A DNA stretch of 63,659 bases, filler included, from Rhabdomonas costata (taxonomy: Eukaryota): the NCBI GenBank assembly GCA_019059605.1. It is 46 parts of 46 records of this genome, joined end to end, with 100 filler letters (N's around TTAATTAATTAA, not from the genome) between each part and the next. Parts side by side here need not be neighbours in the genome. Positions count along the whole stretch, not along the records: positions 36,050 to 37,335 come from JAHMHO010020619.1; positions 37,436 to 38,721 come from JAHMHO010020620.1; positions 38,822 to 40,108 come from JAHMHO010020621.1; positions 40,209 to 41,494 come from JAHMHO010020622.1; positions 41,595 to 42,880 come from JAHMHO010020623.1; positions 42,981 to 44,267 come from JAHMHO010020624.1; positions 44,368 to 45,653 come from JAHMHO010020625.1; positions 45,754 to 47,038 come from JAHMHO010020626.1; 38 more parts are not named here. One strand, given 5' to 3'. Under the pieces are notes generated by a model. The model saw nothing but the letters and a program-made list of their open reading frames with translations, had not been told where the DNA came from and did no database searches. Both the position numbers and the translations under genes were made by a program. This document shows, piece by piece, positions 36,293-47,786 of this stretch (positions are counted from its first letter, which is position 1; every line of letters begins with the position of its first letter).

Positions 36293-36967
36293 TCGACGCT
36301 CATTGGGAATGCAACAGTGCTCGGAACCGTATTCAGCCACGGCATAGAGAGGCACGCCTGTGCACTTGGCCGTTGACTTCGGTTGGGATTGAGCAGCCGC
36401 TGGCAAAACTCTCGCGCGCTGTCTGAGATACCGCTGAAGCGAGGGTTGGAGAAAGAGACCCCAGCCTTCATCTGGTCAGCTAAGGTTCTCGACTCCTTGG
36501 CGTCAAAGGGAAAGGTGCCTCCCAGCATTATAAAGACGATGACGCCCACCGCAAACACATCCAGCTGAGAAAAAGAAGTAACACATCAAGAACGAACAGA
36601 CTCCATACAAGAGGCATTGCTTCGGGTCGACAAGAAAGACGAACATAGATGACTGAGAGCACTGTTGCACTATCTGCCATGTCTACACAAAGGCAACTTC
36701 GACACAAGCCACTTTCGATGCTTGGAAGGCACAGTATGAAGGGGAAGGGAGCACTCATTCCACCAATTGCTCAGTGGAGCCCAAATCCCAGCTGGGGCTG
36801 AAGGGTTCCTCGGAAAATACAGAAAGGGGGGTCAATGGAAACAAAAAAGGATGCCTTTTCCAGGTCCTTGCGAGTCGTATAGCGACGCCGGATGCCCCAC
36901 CTCACAAGAACTTCAGGGGCGATAAACGGCATCGTCCCTACAGGAGTGCCTCTGACGATGTCCGCGG
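36293..36967 (-). CDS. CAMK-like Ser/Thr protein kinase, subdomains VIII-XI (exons ~36967-36855 and 36564-~36293)
   Basis: GTMPFIAPEVL...RKDLEK|LDVFAVGVIVFIMLGGTFPF...ISDSAREFCQRLLNPNRSQRPSAQACLSMPWL; GC-AG intron; outer ends approximate. Confidence 0.9.
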
Positions 36968-39177
36968 CTGAGCTCGGTGATGAAGCTCCAGAAGAAAGGC
37001 TAAGGAAAAAGGAGCGCGCCCCAAAAATAAGCACAACACCAATTAAGAACACTGGGAGACATGAATTTTTGGTACAAAATCGCGGTGAAAAAGAATCATA
37101 ATGCATAGCAATAGGACTTCATTCAGTGAACCCTCCTAACCACTCCCATTTGAGTACCGACGAATTTCTGTTGTGCCCTGCGTGGATGTTCCCCGGCACT
37201 CATCCCATATGTTCAAGAATGTTAAAAAAAGAACACTACTGATGAAATAATCGTTCAAACAACCAGGAGTGCCAGTCACCAAAAAAATCCGAAAGAAGAA
37301 GCACACTCTTCGAAGCAAGCCATATCCGAAGAAGTNNNNNNNNNNNNNNNNNNNNNNNNNNNNNNNNNNNNNNNNNNNNTTAATTAATTAANNNNNNNNN
37401 NNNNNNNNNNNNNNNNNNNNNNNNNNNNNNNNNNNTTTTGCCGGACTCCCAAGACAAGGCCCACCATGCAGCCGTCCGGCAGTTTCTCGTGGACCTTCTG
37501 GACCGCTCGTGGTACTCCGCCATTCGGTTCTGCCCTCACCGGTTCATCCTGCAGACGCTGGAGAGGCAGCGGGGCTCGTTACGCCAACCGGGCTCTTCGA
37601 GCGTTTCCATGACGGCGGTCCCATCCGCGGTTGCACCCTCCTGGACTTCTCAGTCGGTTGGGGTCCCGGGGATGCTCTTGCCCTCTTCTTCCCACTCCAG
37701 CAGCTCCGTGGTATTTGAGCCCTCATCACATTTCTTGCTGCTGTGTGCATACCTTCTCCTGGGCAAAGAGGCACCTCACTCGGTGGGTTTTCTGATGAGC
37801 CACGGCTTCTGAATTTCTACTTCTTAATCACGCATCATCGTCTTCCTTCTGCCTGGTGCTGCACAATATTACTCCTTTACAGAGTGGTATTACGAAGACC
37901 GTGATTGCTAACTGCCTGTTCCTTTGTTGAGAGGGCTTCGCGAATGAATCCGAATCGCAAATGTTGGGAAGTTGTGCAATATATTTAATCAGTGTGGCGA
38001 GGTTTTGTGGGTGCGGTGAGCTGTTGAACTATTGACGGTTCCTGAGTTTTCATGGTGTCGGTTTACTCTCTCTTTGCCCGTGATGTTCCAGTTATTTTTC
38101 CCGCTTTATTCTGTAAATCGTGCAGTCCGCTGGACGCGCTCTAATGTTTCCTCTCTTCCCTTTACACGAACGTAATAGCGAGCGCTGTCACTACAGAAAA
38201 TGTGACTTGTAAGCAGAAATTTCTTCTGAACCAAGAATGCACAGGTAATTCCCCATTTCCTCCGGAAACGTCCGTTTCCTTCCCATCACAAAAGGTAATG
38301 TGCCAAACTCATCACTCATCACCATGCCCACAACAACAGTAGGCGTGACCTCACAGTAGGCGTGACCTCATTACCGGTTCGCAATCGTGGGGAGGGAGGG
38401 AGGGTGGCCACAAAAATATAAATGATTGCTGGAATCGCTAGGAAAACATGGGCTTGTTTGGGTTGTGTAGAGCGGTGAGGCTCTCCCGTTGCCCACGACT
38501 GCAAGTCCTGAAGAGTTGCTACGGGCTCTGCAGCTGGACTACGCCGAGCGTCGTCACCGGCAACAGCTTTCAGCTCAGTCGTTCTCGACGCCTGCGGGGA
38601 TGCCCATGCCCCCCGCTCAAGGCACAATGCCAAAGAATTGAATCCCGGGCTTTTTTTTGACCGGAGAACTGAACTGTAGGAGTCGAAGGGAAGGAAGAAG
38701 TGAAGGATGACCCCCCCACAANNNNNNNNNNNNNNNNNNNNNNNNNNNNNNNNNNNNNNNNNNNNTTAATTAATTAANNNNNNNNNNNNNNNNNNNNNNN
38801 NNNNNNNNNNNNNNNNNNNNNGCTGGATTTTGAAGCGAATTGTGAAGCTCTGTTGAAGGATACTTGAGGAGTGGGGTGTATAGAGTTCGTGTTTGAATCT
38901 GGGGGCAGCTTGTGGTGGAGTTCTGAGTTTACGGTGTAACGTACTTTATTTAATTTAAAATAAAATGTATAATTATATATATGGAAATGTTACAAAAACT
39001 TCTCAATGCTCTTAATGATGAATTTGAAATAAAAAGAAAGGAAATGATACAGCATGAGACGTCATATAACCGTGTTCATGTTGGTATTAAGGACATAAAA
39101 ACTCTACGAACAATTTACATGGTCTTCATAGTCTTACTCCACCCATACCTTACATAAAATCAATCGCATACAAATAC

Positions 39178-39220
39178 AAAATAATTTCAAAGTAGAATAT
39201 ATCTACTTTCAAATTATTTT
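39178..39220 (+). terminator. Long AT-rich hairpin at the 3' end of ORF 38981-39157 (Mimiviridae-type polyadenylation hairpin candidate)
   Basis: AAAATAATTT-C-AAAGTAGA [ATATA] TCTACTTT-C-AAATTATTTT: 18 pairs with one C-C mismatch. Confidence 0.6.
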
Positions 39221-39413
39221 AAATTTTACTTCTTTTTTCTATTACAATCTACACAACATAATTTACAATTGGGTTTATGATTAATGTTATGTTTTAAAAA
39301 TTAAATTATTCTAACATAAAAATATTAAACAAACTATTTATACAAAGTAATATTTCATTCAAATTATTGTAAAATTATAAACAATAATAAAAATTATAAT
39401 TAGTAACTTTATT

Positions 39414-39670
39414 ATGGAGGTAGTTGAAACTTTTTGTTTAGTAAAAGCTATAGCAACTGCAACTACTATTTTTTTGTTACAATTTCAATTTCTTTTTTTG
39501 CTATAGGTATATCTATTTTAAATAAAAACAACCCAACAAACATAGCAAGTAACACCACAAGTAGCACAGATGCATATTATATGTTTGGTTTAGCTGCAAT
39601 TTTTATTTTATTTGCAATAATGACTTTTTTATCTCGACATTCTTTGTGGAAATGTTTTCGTAATGGTTGA
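39414..39670 (+). pseudogene. Small two-TM membrane protein with a 1-nt frameshift in a T7 run (~39469-39475)
   Basis: MEVVETFCLVKAIATATTIF / FVTISISFFAIGISILNK...YYMFGLAAIFILFAIMTFLS. Confidence 0.5.
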
Positions 39671-39743
39671 TAATATATAAATGTTAACAAAAATAAAAAA
39701 TAATTTTTCAGATAAAAAACATAAATATTTATTTTATTATATA

Positions 39744-40108
39744 TTGGACATACTTTTTGAAGGTCCATGGACCGGAAGATTTGGTAACAATATGATATCA
39801 GTTATATCTGCAAAATGTATAAGTATTATATTAAATGCAAAAATTAAATTTAATGCTGAACATGATATTTTAGATTTAAAACAATTAAATACATCAACAA
39901 ATGACAAATTTGATTACACATTAACTCCACATGTAAAAATATCAGAACAATCAAACATTATAGTGTCCAGTAATAGTTGTACAACATGTGCAAACAATGA
40001 CCGTTATTTGTTTATGAGTCCAGAACGCATTGCTGGTTCTTCATATGGAACATGATCAAATATATGGAGTACTGGATTAGTTTTTGTTTCTGCATATGAC
40101 GGACAAAA
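39744..40108 (+). pseudogene. GT11/fucosyltransferase-like N-terminus (WTGRFGNN) fused to a decayed MAP2K-like kinase fragment
   Basis: TTG in start-codon context (ttattatataTTGgac); later FMSPERIAGSSYGT*SNIWSTGLV with TGA at 40053-40055 and D->N in SDIWS. Confidence 0.55.
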
Positions 40109-40508
40109 NNNNNNNNNNNNNNNNNNNNNNNNNNNNNNNNNNNNNNNNNNNNTTAATTAATTAANNNNNNNNNNNNNNNNNNNNNNNNNNNNNNNNNNNN
40201 NNNNNNNNTGGGTGGGTGGTGGGGGTGGACAAGTCCCTGTGCTCCGGCTATGATTCCTCCGAAAAGGACGAGCAGCCGGGTAAGGGAAGCGAGCGAGGTC
40301 AAGGTGAGAAAACCGTACTTGCAGAGAAGCCTCACTTGTGTACCGGGGCACGCAAGGGGAAAGGGCAGCCCAACGCCTGCACTTAGCTAGAACGAGTGTG
40401 CGGAAGCCCAACCGCTGAAATCTCATTCACCGTGAACATCCCAAAACCCTACCAGCAAGCATAATCCGAGGCGGCAAAAATGGAAGAGCGTGGGTGAGGG
40501 GTGCGTAC

Positions 40509-41434
40509 GGTTCGTCACTTTCACAAAGATCGTCGACCCGGCAGGGAATGTGTAGGTGTCGAAGCGGCGGTACAGCTTGCGGAAGGTGGGCAAGCTGGCC
40601 GTTCTCATCCACACCATGAAGTCCTCGTCAGTCTGAATTGGGATCTGTTGCAACAGGCGACTTGAAGGGGTGGGGGACAACCCTGAGTCTCATTTTCAGC
40701 TTTTCAGCTTTAGCAAAGCCAACTGGACTGCAGCGCTGCGGGGCGGAGGAGACCCTCCCGGCTCAGTCAGGGAAGTCAGACTCCTTCACGGCAGCTTCGG
40801 GTAGCGCACGTTCACAAGAGATTTTTTAACCACAGAAACGTTTTGGGTCGAGGGTTGGGCACACCACGTGGCCAGCTTCAAAGTCGGGCGTGACGGAGAG
40901 GTTGAAGTAGTTCGGGGGCTCCTCGCCGAAGTAGTAGTTGGGCCTGGCCGAGTTGCTGGGGTTCGGGTTGGAGACTTGGTGAATCACCGTGCCGCCGACC
41001 ACCTCCACAGCGGGCGCCTTGAACTTCTTGTTCACATCAGACGCCCACGCGATGCCTGGGAAAGACGGAGAGACCACTATGGGAGGCGGTGAAGGTGTTC
41101 GACTGTTTTGCTTCCCTTTTGCTCCCTGTCAATATTGAAGTTTCACGGACAGGTTAACAAGAACTTCCCCGACGAAACTGCTGACTAGACTCTCCCTTTC
41201 CCTCATTCCTTTCCAAAACTTCGAGTTCTTTTTCTAACGTTGTTCAGCACTGAATCTTGAAGTGAGTGCTTCTTCAAAGGTGAGCAAAGGAGGAACCATT
41301 CTTCGTGCAGAGAGTTGCTGGCTCCGAGTACAACGCGGCGAGGGTTCCTGCGCATATGCGCTGACAGTGGGTTTGGTTCAAGGAGCAGTCCACTCCGTCG
41401 AAGTTGATGTTGGGGGTGAATATTTCGAAGGAGT
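40509..41434 (-). CDS. CDC50/LEM3 flippase beta-subunit (exons 41434-41297, 41055-~40868, 40644-40509)
   Basis: DSFEIF...TKN|GIAWASDVNKKFK...|TDEDFMVWMRTASLPTFRKLYRR. Confidence 0.93.
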
Positions 41435-41640
41435 CTGCAAGAAACCAAAATGCAAATTCGTAAACAAGCCACGAGCCCCCCCCCCCCAAAAGCCNNNNNN
41501 NNNNNNNNNNNNNNNNNNNNNNNNNNNNNNNNNNNNNNTTAATTAATTAANNNNNNNNNNNNNNNNNNNNNNNNNNNNNNNNNNNNNNNNNNNNGGGTGG
41601 TGGGTTAACGGCGTTGACCTTTTCGGACATTGTGGATCGA

Positions 41641-41841
41641 TTGGGACAACATTAGTTCAGGGGCGGAATCCAGCCGGAGCGCGGCCGGAGCGGCCGGATG
41701 AGACGGGGACGTGTCATGGGGGGGAGGGATTGCAAAAATTTCACTTTGACGGTGTTGAACAGCAAAAGCGCTAAATGGTAAAAAAAAAAGAATCGCGTTC
41801 CTCAAAAAAGAAGTCATTTTCTCCGCACGGGGCTTAGGTTA
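41641..41841 (-). repeat. Interspersed non-coding repeat, copy 2
   Basis: Reverse complement shares catgacacgtccccgtctcatccggccgctccggccg and gttgtcccaa with 16215-16302. Confidence 0.75.
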
Positions 41842-43202
41842 ACTGTGCCTGAACTCACTAGAACTAACGTTCTAAAGGACGGAAAAGGTTGGCACCCCAT
41901 TCATCATTCATCGGTTCACTTTCTCCGAGCTGCGTGCGTTGAAACTACACCCACTGGCTAATCTGTGGACAGCGGTGGATTGTATACATTGGCGGGTGTC
42001 CCGACACAAATCGACCAACAAGCAAACCAAAAATCGAAAAACAGAAATTTTACCGGAATCAAACCTCATCAAAAAACACTTCGACATGTTTGCCCTCGAA
42101 ATGGAAGCCACAGCAGTGTGACTAAAACCGCTGGGTCTCTGGCTGTGGCAAACCTTGCGGATATGCTTGCGGGGCTTTGCCGGGCTGGGCTGAGGAGCAG
42201 AAGGCAGTGGAACCGGGGACCCCGCGCTGCTGCCCCTACTCCCCCGAGAGGCGAAGTCAGATGTGAACCTGCAAAACAGGCAAACACATTTTCGCATTCA
42301 AAATACAATAGCCTACCCTGAAAATCCTCCCTGTAGAGATACAAACGCGCGGTCCCCCTGAGAGCTGCCGGACCATGAGGACACACATGACACACATGCA
42401 AAGCAGTGGGAGCATTTCGTTTTTACGAACATGTTTTGTTTCTCCGACTTCACAACCAATGATGCAAACACTGTCAGTTAAGGGAACTCTTTCTGTCCTG
42501 TCTTTTATGGACACCCATCGGTTTACTTTACACATCCTCATCTCTGCAGCGTTCACCCTTTCAGACCTCCTTCCCTTGCCCTAACCCGTGTCTCGCCTTC
42601 CTGTCCTCACGCCCCTCCCTCCCTCGCTGCATGTGACGGTTCTTGAGCTGTGTTTTACCATTGTCGTTGGACCCGCACTAGCGTCCCGAAGAACCTGGAC
42701 GCTGTTCCCTGAGTAGTTTGTGCCGCGCCTTGCCGTGTTTTGTTTGTTCACCATGTTAATGGCAGAAAGGAGGATAGCTGTCTTTCTTTTTATTCCCACC
42801 GGGAACCAAGTATGCGCTTGGCGCTCCCCCGTACGCCCCCCTCCCGCGACCTGATTGCCGAAGTGAACACATGGTTCCCGNNNNNNNNNNNNNNNNNNNN
42901 NNNNNNNNNNNNNNNNNNNNNNNNTTAATTAATTAANNNNNNNNNNNNNNNNNNNNNNNNNNNNNNNNNNNNNNNNNNNNGTTGGGTGGTGGGTGTGTTT
43001 GGGGTTTTTGGTGATCCGATACCTTCCTTTATTTTCCGGACGAGGTCTCCGACGATTGATGAAGTCTGGAGTCGGGCTGGAGAGAGAGCACGTTTGAAAC
43101 ACGCATTCGAATAATGGTTATACTGCTTAACTGGCTCATCGAGAAATTCAAACAGAATGCGGGTGCACCTTGACGGGGGTTTTGATTGGGCTTCAGCTTC
43201 AG

Positions 43203-43808
43203 CTGGGCTGACGTGTGGCGGGGTGAGCTACGTGTGCCCCATGGGATACATCCCGAAGAACGCCGCGACGCGCTGCGGCTTGACTTCTTGCAACGTGACG
43301 GACTGCTGCACTGGTGCGTGAGTGAGTTCTTTGTTTCCCAGGGCAATGCCCGTCAGGTTTGAGGTTGTGCATATGCAGTCATCTCTCATCTCGCACCTTA
43401 CACCTTACACGTTACGCACCTTGATGGGGGGGTTTGGAGAATTGCATTCCAACGACATTTGAAAGTCATGAACCTTTGCACGTAAGGTTCGGGGACACTT
43501 ATGCAGAATTTTTGTTTCTCTTTATGCTATCACCCTTGCTGAATAGAAGAAATTGACTGGGCGAACTGCGTCGTTCCCACGAGAGTTTGCTCTGAAGCCA
43601 GCAGTTCTCACCGTCCCTCCCACAACCCTATCCCCTATCCGTGCAGCCACCGCCAGCAGAACTGAGAACTCGTGCTCATCACTGCCCGCGGCGGTGGATC
43701 CCCTGAGGGCCGCGGCGTGCTCCGTGCCCGCAACGTCGGGCTCCACGTGCGAGGCGACATGCAACTCCGGTAGCCACCTCTCTCCAAAAGAGCGGCTCTT
43801 GATTTGTG
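43203..43808 (+). CDS. Cysteine-rich extracellular protein exons (43203-~43313; ~43590-43808, Sushi/CCP-like)
   Basis: TCGGVSYVCPMGYIPKNAATRCGLTSCNVTDCC; CSVPATSGSTCEATCNSG...LLIC. Confidence 0.55.
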
Positions 43809-43863
43809 GTAACGAATGATTTTCCAACAACTCGTGGCACCTCACCCCCCCCCCCTCCGCCAG

Positions 43864-44064
43864 GTGCTGTTCAACCCCGTGGACATCAACGGGCAGGAGT
43901 GGAGGAGCATTCCTCAGGAGGGTGGGGTGTTTCTTCGCAACATGGGCCTGGTGCCCACCCCAGGGCAGTGGAGGATGGACCTGGCCCTGCTGCTGGGTTG
44001 GGCCGCGGCGTACGTTCTTGCCGCGTTTCTGGTGATGCGATTTGCGGTGAAGGAGCAAAGGTAG
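43864..44064 (+). CDS. Terminal exon of an ABCG/ADP1-like transporter
   Basis: GGVFLRNMGL...MDLALLLGWAAAYVLAAFLVMRFAVKEQR* resembles the ADP1/ABCG C-terminus. Confidence 0.6.
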   Translation: MLFNPVDINGQEWRSIPQEGGVFLRNMGLVPTPGQWRMDLALLLGWAAAYVLAAFLVMRFAVKEQR

Positions 44065-44074
44065 ACGGGGCGCT

Positions 44075-44260
44075 GGTTGATAGATCTTCCTGTCCGGCTG
44101 GTCTTAGTCAGTACAAAGATGAGAGAGATTCGATGAACCTGAGGATGGGGGAAACAAGAAGCCCGGAAGCCACACAGGAAAGGCGGACATGCGATGGTTC
44201 GGGGAATCTCTCTCATCTTTGTACTGACTAAGACCAGCCGGACAGGAAGATCTATCAACC
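44075..44260. repeat. Perfect 57-bp inverted repeat at a contig end (arms 44075-44131 and 44204-44260)
   Basis: Arms are exact reverse complements. Confidence 0.95.
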
Positions 44261-45078
44261 CACACCCNNNNNNNNNNNNNNNNNNNNNNNNNNNNNNNNN
44301 NNNNNNNNNNNTTAATTAATTAANNNNNNNNNNNNNNNNNNNNNNNNNNNNNNNNNNNNNNNNNNNNTTGTGTGTTTGGTGGTTGGAGCCTGCAACATTT
44401 TGAACAAATGGAGTGCCCAAAACCTTAAAATTTGTACACACACACAATCGGGGATACCCTACAGCTGCAGATTGAACGGGGAGACCTTGAAAAATGATGA
44501 GTCCTATTCAGTAAAAGGATCAGGTCAGGAAAGAGCCGCCAAGGGGCAGAAAAACGGGAGTGAAACATCAGAAAACGCAGACCCCAAGGGCCGGCAACCG
44601 GTTCCGTTCCGGCGATCCGCTTCGGCTTAACATTCGTACATTGACTTTCTTCCGCCCGTGAAACCACAGCACATGACGAACACAGGTCAGCTTTTTCCTG
44701 TGTTGTTGTAAACGGGACTTCGACCAAGTGACGGAAGTCCCGTTTACGTGGTGAAAGTGGAAGTCTACGTGGTAGAGGACCCAAGTAAACAGGTGGGACC
44801 TAGATCAAATGAAGAAACGGATACCGCTACGCTACCAGATCCAGTGATTCACAGAGGGATGCCAAAATTGCAAGTTGCAGCAGTGGTGGTTCGACCCTGA
44901 TCACACATGTCTCTCCAAGTGCAATATTTACTTAGAACCTAATAGCACGGCCTATTTCACCCTATGGCACCGAGCGAAAGCCTATTTCGGCCTATGAAGC
45001 GCTCTGACAATGCTGAAAGCAAGCAGCGATTTCAGCAATTGCGATGAAGAGAAAATAAACCTTTTAACAAAAAGATAC

Positions 45079-45602
45079 CGCCGCCGTCGGCCAGCAGGCT
45101 GGGAAGCAGAAGCTGTCCGGCCTTCGCAGTGATCGCGTCATCGCTCTCCCACACGCAAAGCCGTCGAACCGCAGTGCCCACCGTGACGTAGAAGCTGCCG
45201 TGGCTCGCCCCAGTGATGTTGCCTTGCACCTGGTAGCTGAACGCACGGCCCCCCTTCGACAGCAGGTTGCTCTGCGCCACCAGGCTGCGCAGGAAGTCCC
45301 CCAGGAACTTCAGCAGCATCACCTTGCTCAACTGACCCACGCACTCCCCTCGGTCACCCAGAATGCACACCGTCACTGCGACGAGCATGTTGAGCGCGGA
45401 GGTGACATAGACTTCGGAGTATCCTGGGTTGAACAGGTTGCTGGGGCTGGAGCGGAAGTTTGAGCTGAGGCCACGGGAGTAAGACCCGCTCTGCATGGCG
45501 GCATTGGTCATCCCATCGCCCTTGGGATCGAAGGACACCAGCTTGGTGTATATCGGCAGGTAGGTTGTGGTATTGAAGTTGTACATCTCCGTTCCCATGA
45601 CA
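45079..45602 (-). CDS. Exon encoding a dCache-like extracellular sensor domain (receptor cyclase-type)
   Basis: GYSEVYV...VAVTVCILGDRGECVGQL...LLKFLGDFLRSL...GRAF...GNITGASHG...ESDDAI. Confidence 0.6.
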
Positions 45603-45854
45603 CTGCATATGAAAGTTTGGACACAGTTAACCGATGATTTCGAATTGCCCCACNNNNNNNNNNNNNNNNNNNNNNNNNNNNNNNNNNNNNNNNNNNNTTA
45701 ATTAATTAANNNNNNNNNNNNNNNNNNNNNNNNNNNNNNNNNNNNNNNNNNNNGGGTGTGTGGGGACGCTGAAAACAGCTTTCGATAAGGTGCGGAAGTG
45801 CAATGTTTTTCCAGGGGATAAGGGCTGAGGTTGGGCATCCTCACCTCCACTCAG

Positions 45855-46640
45855 ATGAAAAGGTGGACCGACCCCACGGGGCTGAACTTGGACCTCAAAT
45901 TTGTGGACCGGCTGTGCCAGGCAAAGGAGTTCCTGGGAGATGGCGGGGTCATCGGAGAGTATCATCGCGCACTGGCCAAGACGGTGTGGACCGTCATCTG
46001 CTCACCTTGGTTTTCACTTTAGTAATGGGAAGCAGTCCTATAATATGCTGCCACTGATTACGACGGCCGTGTCTGCGAGGCTCTTGGCTCTCGTTTCGTC
46101 TCACCAGTTTACGCTCACCACTCTTTCCACTCCCCGTCTTTTTACGTTTTTCGAAGTCATGCGTTATTGTGTTCTCCATGTGGGGAAATCACCAAAGAAC
46201 TAAAAAAAACCTGTGAACAATCGGCGCACTTTCGGAACCAAACTGACGTTTTGCGCATGCTCACCTTGACATTTGCTCTAACACACTACACTAACAGACT
46301 TTATACATACGCAGGTTCACTCAACGCACTGCTACTCCATGCCACCTCCCACACTGTGTGTCGGTGGGTGGGTGGGTGTGCGCCGTCACACTCACAGGGG
46401 ATGCCTCGGTCCCACCTGGAGAAGCTTCTCAAGGCCCTGACCCGAGTCGCAGCCTCCCTGAACTCCGGCAAGGAGTCCCGCAGCCTCTTGGTGGACCTTC
46501 TGGAGAAAGTCATTGAGCCTTTCCGCGGGGAGTGTGGAGGGGCAGGCAGCCTGGCACAGCTGCTGGACCTTCTGGCCGAGGTGTACCCTACCCTCAATGT
46601 GGTCCACAAGTCCGCCCTTGAACAGACTCGGGAACCCTGG
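45855..46640 (+). CDS. Hypothetical alpha-helical protein (exons 45855-45983 and 46398-~46640)
   Basis: Two AG/GT-bounded, GC3-rich exons joining in phase 0. Confidence 0.55.
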
Positions 46641-47566
46641 GTGGGTTTTCTGGCAGTCGTGGCGCTGCTGGCAAGAATGCTGGGCAGTGGCTGAGCTAGC
46701 TAAGCCGCTATGGGTGCTCATCATTGGATGGTCCCAGGCTCGCGGCTGAATGAAGCTTTACTTTGGAGGACTGCATTGGAATGTAAGGAATGTGGTTTGT
46801 ACGAGTAGTTCACGGGATGCACATGGAACCTTTCTGTACGTGCTCCACGCTGGTTCAGTTTATAAGACAGAAGGTGCCGCCCGTCCACGTTTTTAGGTAT
46901 ACGTTTTTGACGGTGCGAGCAAGGGCTCAATGTTCTGAAATAATCGCCTATGAACAGAGAAAGATTCCTTTCCGAAAAATGGCCCTCGGTTGGCGAGACC
47001 CAACTGCCGAGGCAGCTCTCGGGTGTCACTTTGCATCGNNNNNNNNNNNNNNNNNNNNNNNNNNNNNNNNNNNNNNNNNNNNTTAATTAATTAANNNNNN
47101 NNNNNNNNNNNNNNNNNNNNNNNNNNNNNNNNNNNNNNAGCCCAACCACACTTAAAGACCATGAAGCGTTGCATCCCACGCTGCTGTGCCGTTCCCTTGC
47201 CTTCCGCGTTGACAGAAAATCGGAAGCTTTCGCAAGATAAGTGCTCCTTCTGAGCCTCGTGTACCCACAGGTACCTGATAAGCTCCAAGCGTCCCCCATG
47301 GGACATTCCTGTGTGCGGTGGTGTCTCCACTGTCTCCGAGACAACACCGCCCCTCTCTGTTTCGAATTTAAGGTGCGGCGTTCTTCTTCTCTTCTGGCCT
47401 CATTTTCTTTCGCTCCTGCACTGAGTGTCTCCGCGTTGCGTCCACTCTTTCCATTGATTTTCCCGCTTGCAAACTGATCCTTCCACCCAGGTAAACCACC
47501 ACGAAACGGGGATCCTAGTGCATAGGCAATGGCGCGCCACACACAGAAACACACACAGGTGCACAC

Positions 47567-47786
47567 CGCGGTGTGAGGGGCGTTGCTTCAGGGAGCGAGT
47601 GAGTTGAAAGGCAAGCTCCCGGTAGCGCTGGTGAACAGGCCGCAGCTTTGCCCACAGCTTCGGGGTCAGGCCCCCTTCCTCCGGAAACACGGCGTCGCGC
47701 AAGGTCTGGTTGAGATCCCTGTACAGCTCGGTCTCGAGGCAGTACAGGAAAATCGGCCCACAGCTGTCCAAATCAGCCTGGGTGAG
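47567..47786 (-). CDS. Exon of an ARTC/toxin-like mono-ADP-ribosyltransferase (N-terminal half of the ART domain)
   Basis: PIFLYCLETELYRDLNQTLR...LAFQLTRSLKQRPSHRG matches the I.lYT....Y..lN..LR....L...L..lp motif that precedes the YRG strand. Confidence 0.62.

Larger units (their letters stand above)
38945..40108 (+). other. Very AT-rich, intronless, gene-dense island with disrupted ORFs; giant-virus-like (putative endogenous viral relic)
   Basis: Abrupt composition switch near 38945; co-oriented ORF remnants at 38981, 39414, 39744 and ~40014, the first three preceded by AT-only leaders; 3' hairpin. Confidence 0.55.

Noticed and set aside
37785-37820. Minimal hammerhead ribozyme (CTGATGA-GCC-AC-GGC)
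   Set aside because: No GAAA directly after stem II and no convincing stems I or III.
38338-38370. 17-nt tandem duplication (also an 18-nt one near 63430-63468)
   Set aside because: Two-unit local slippage with no further structure.
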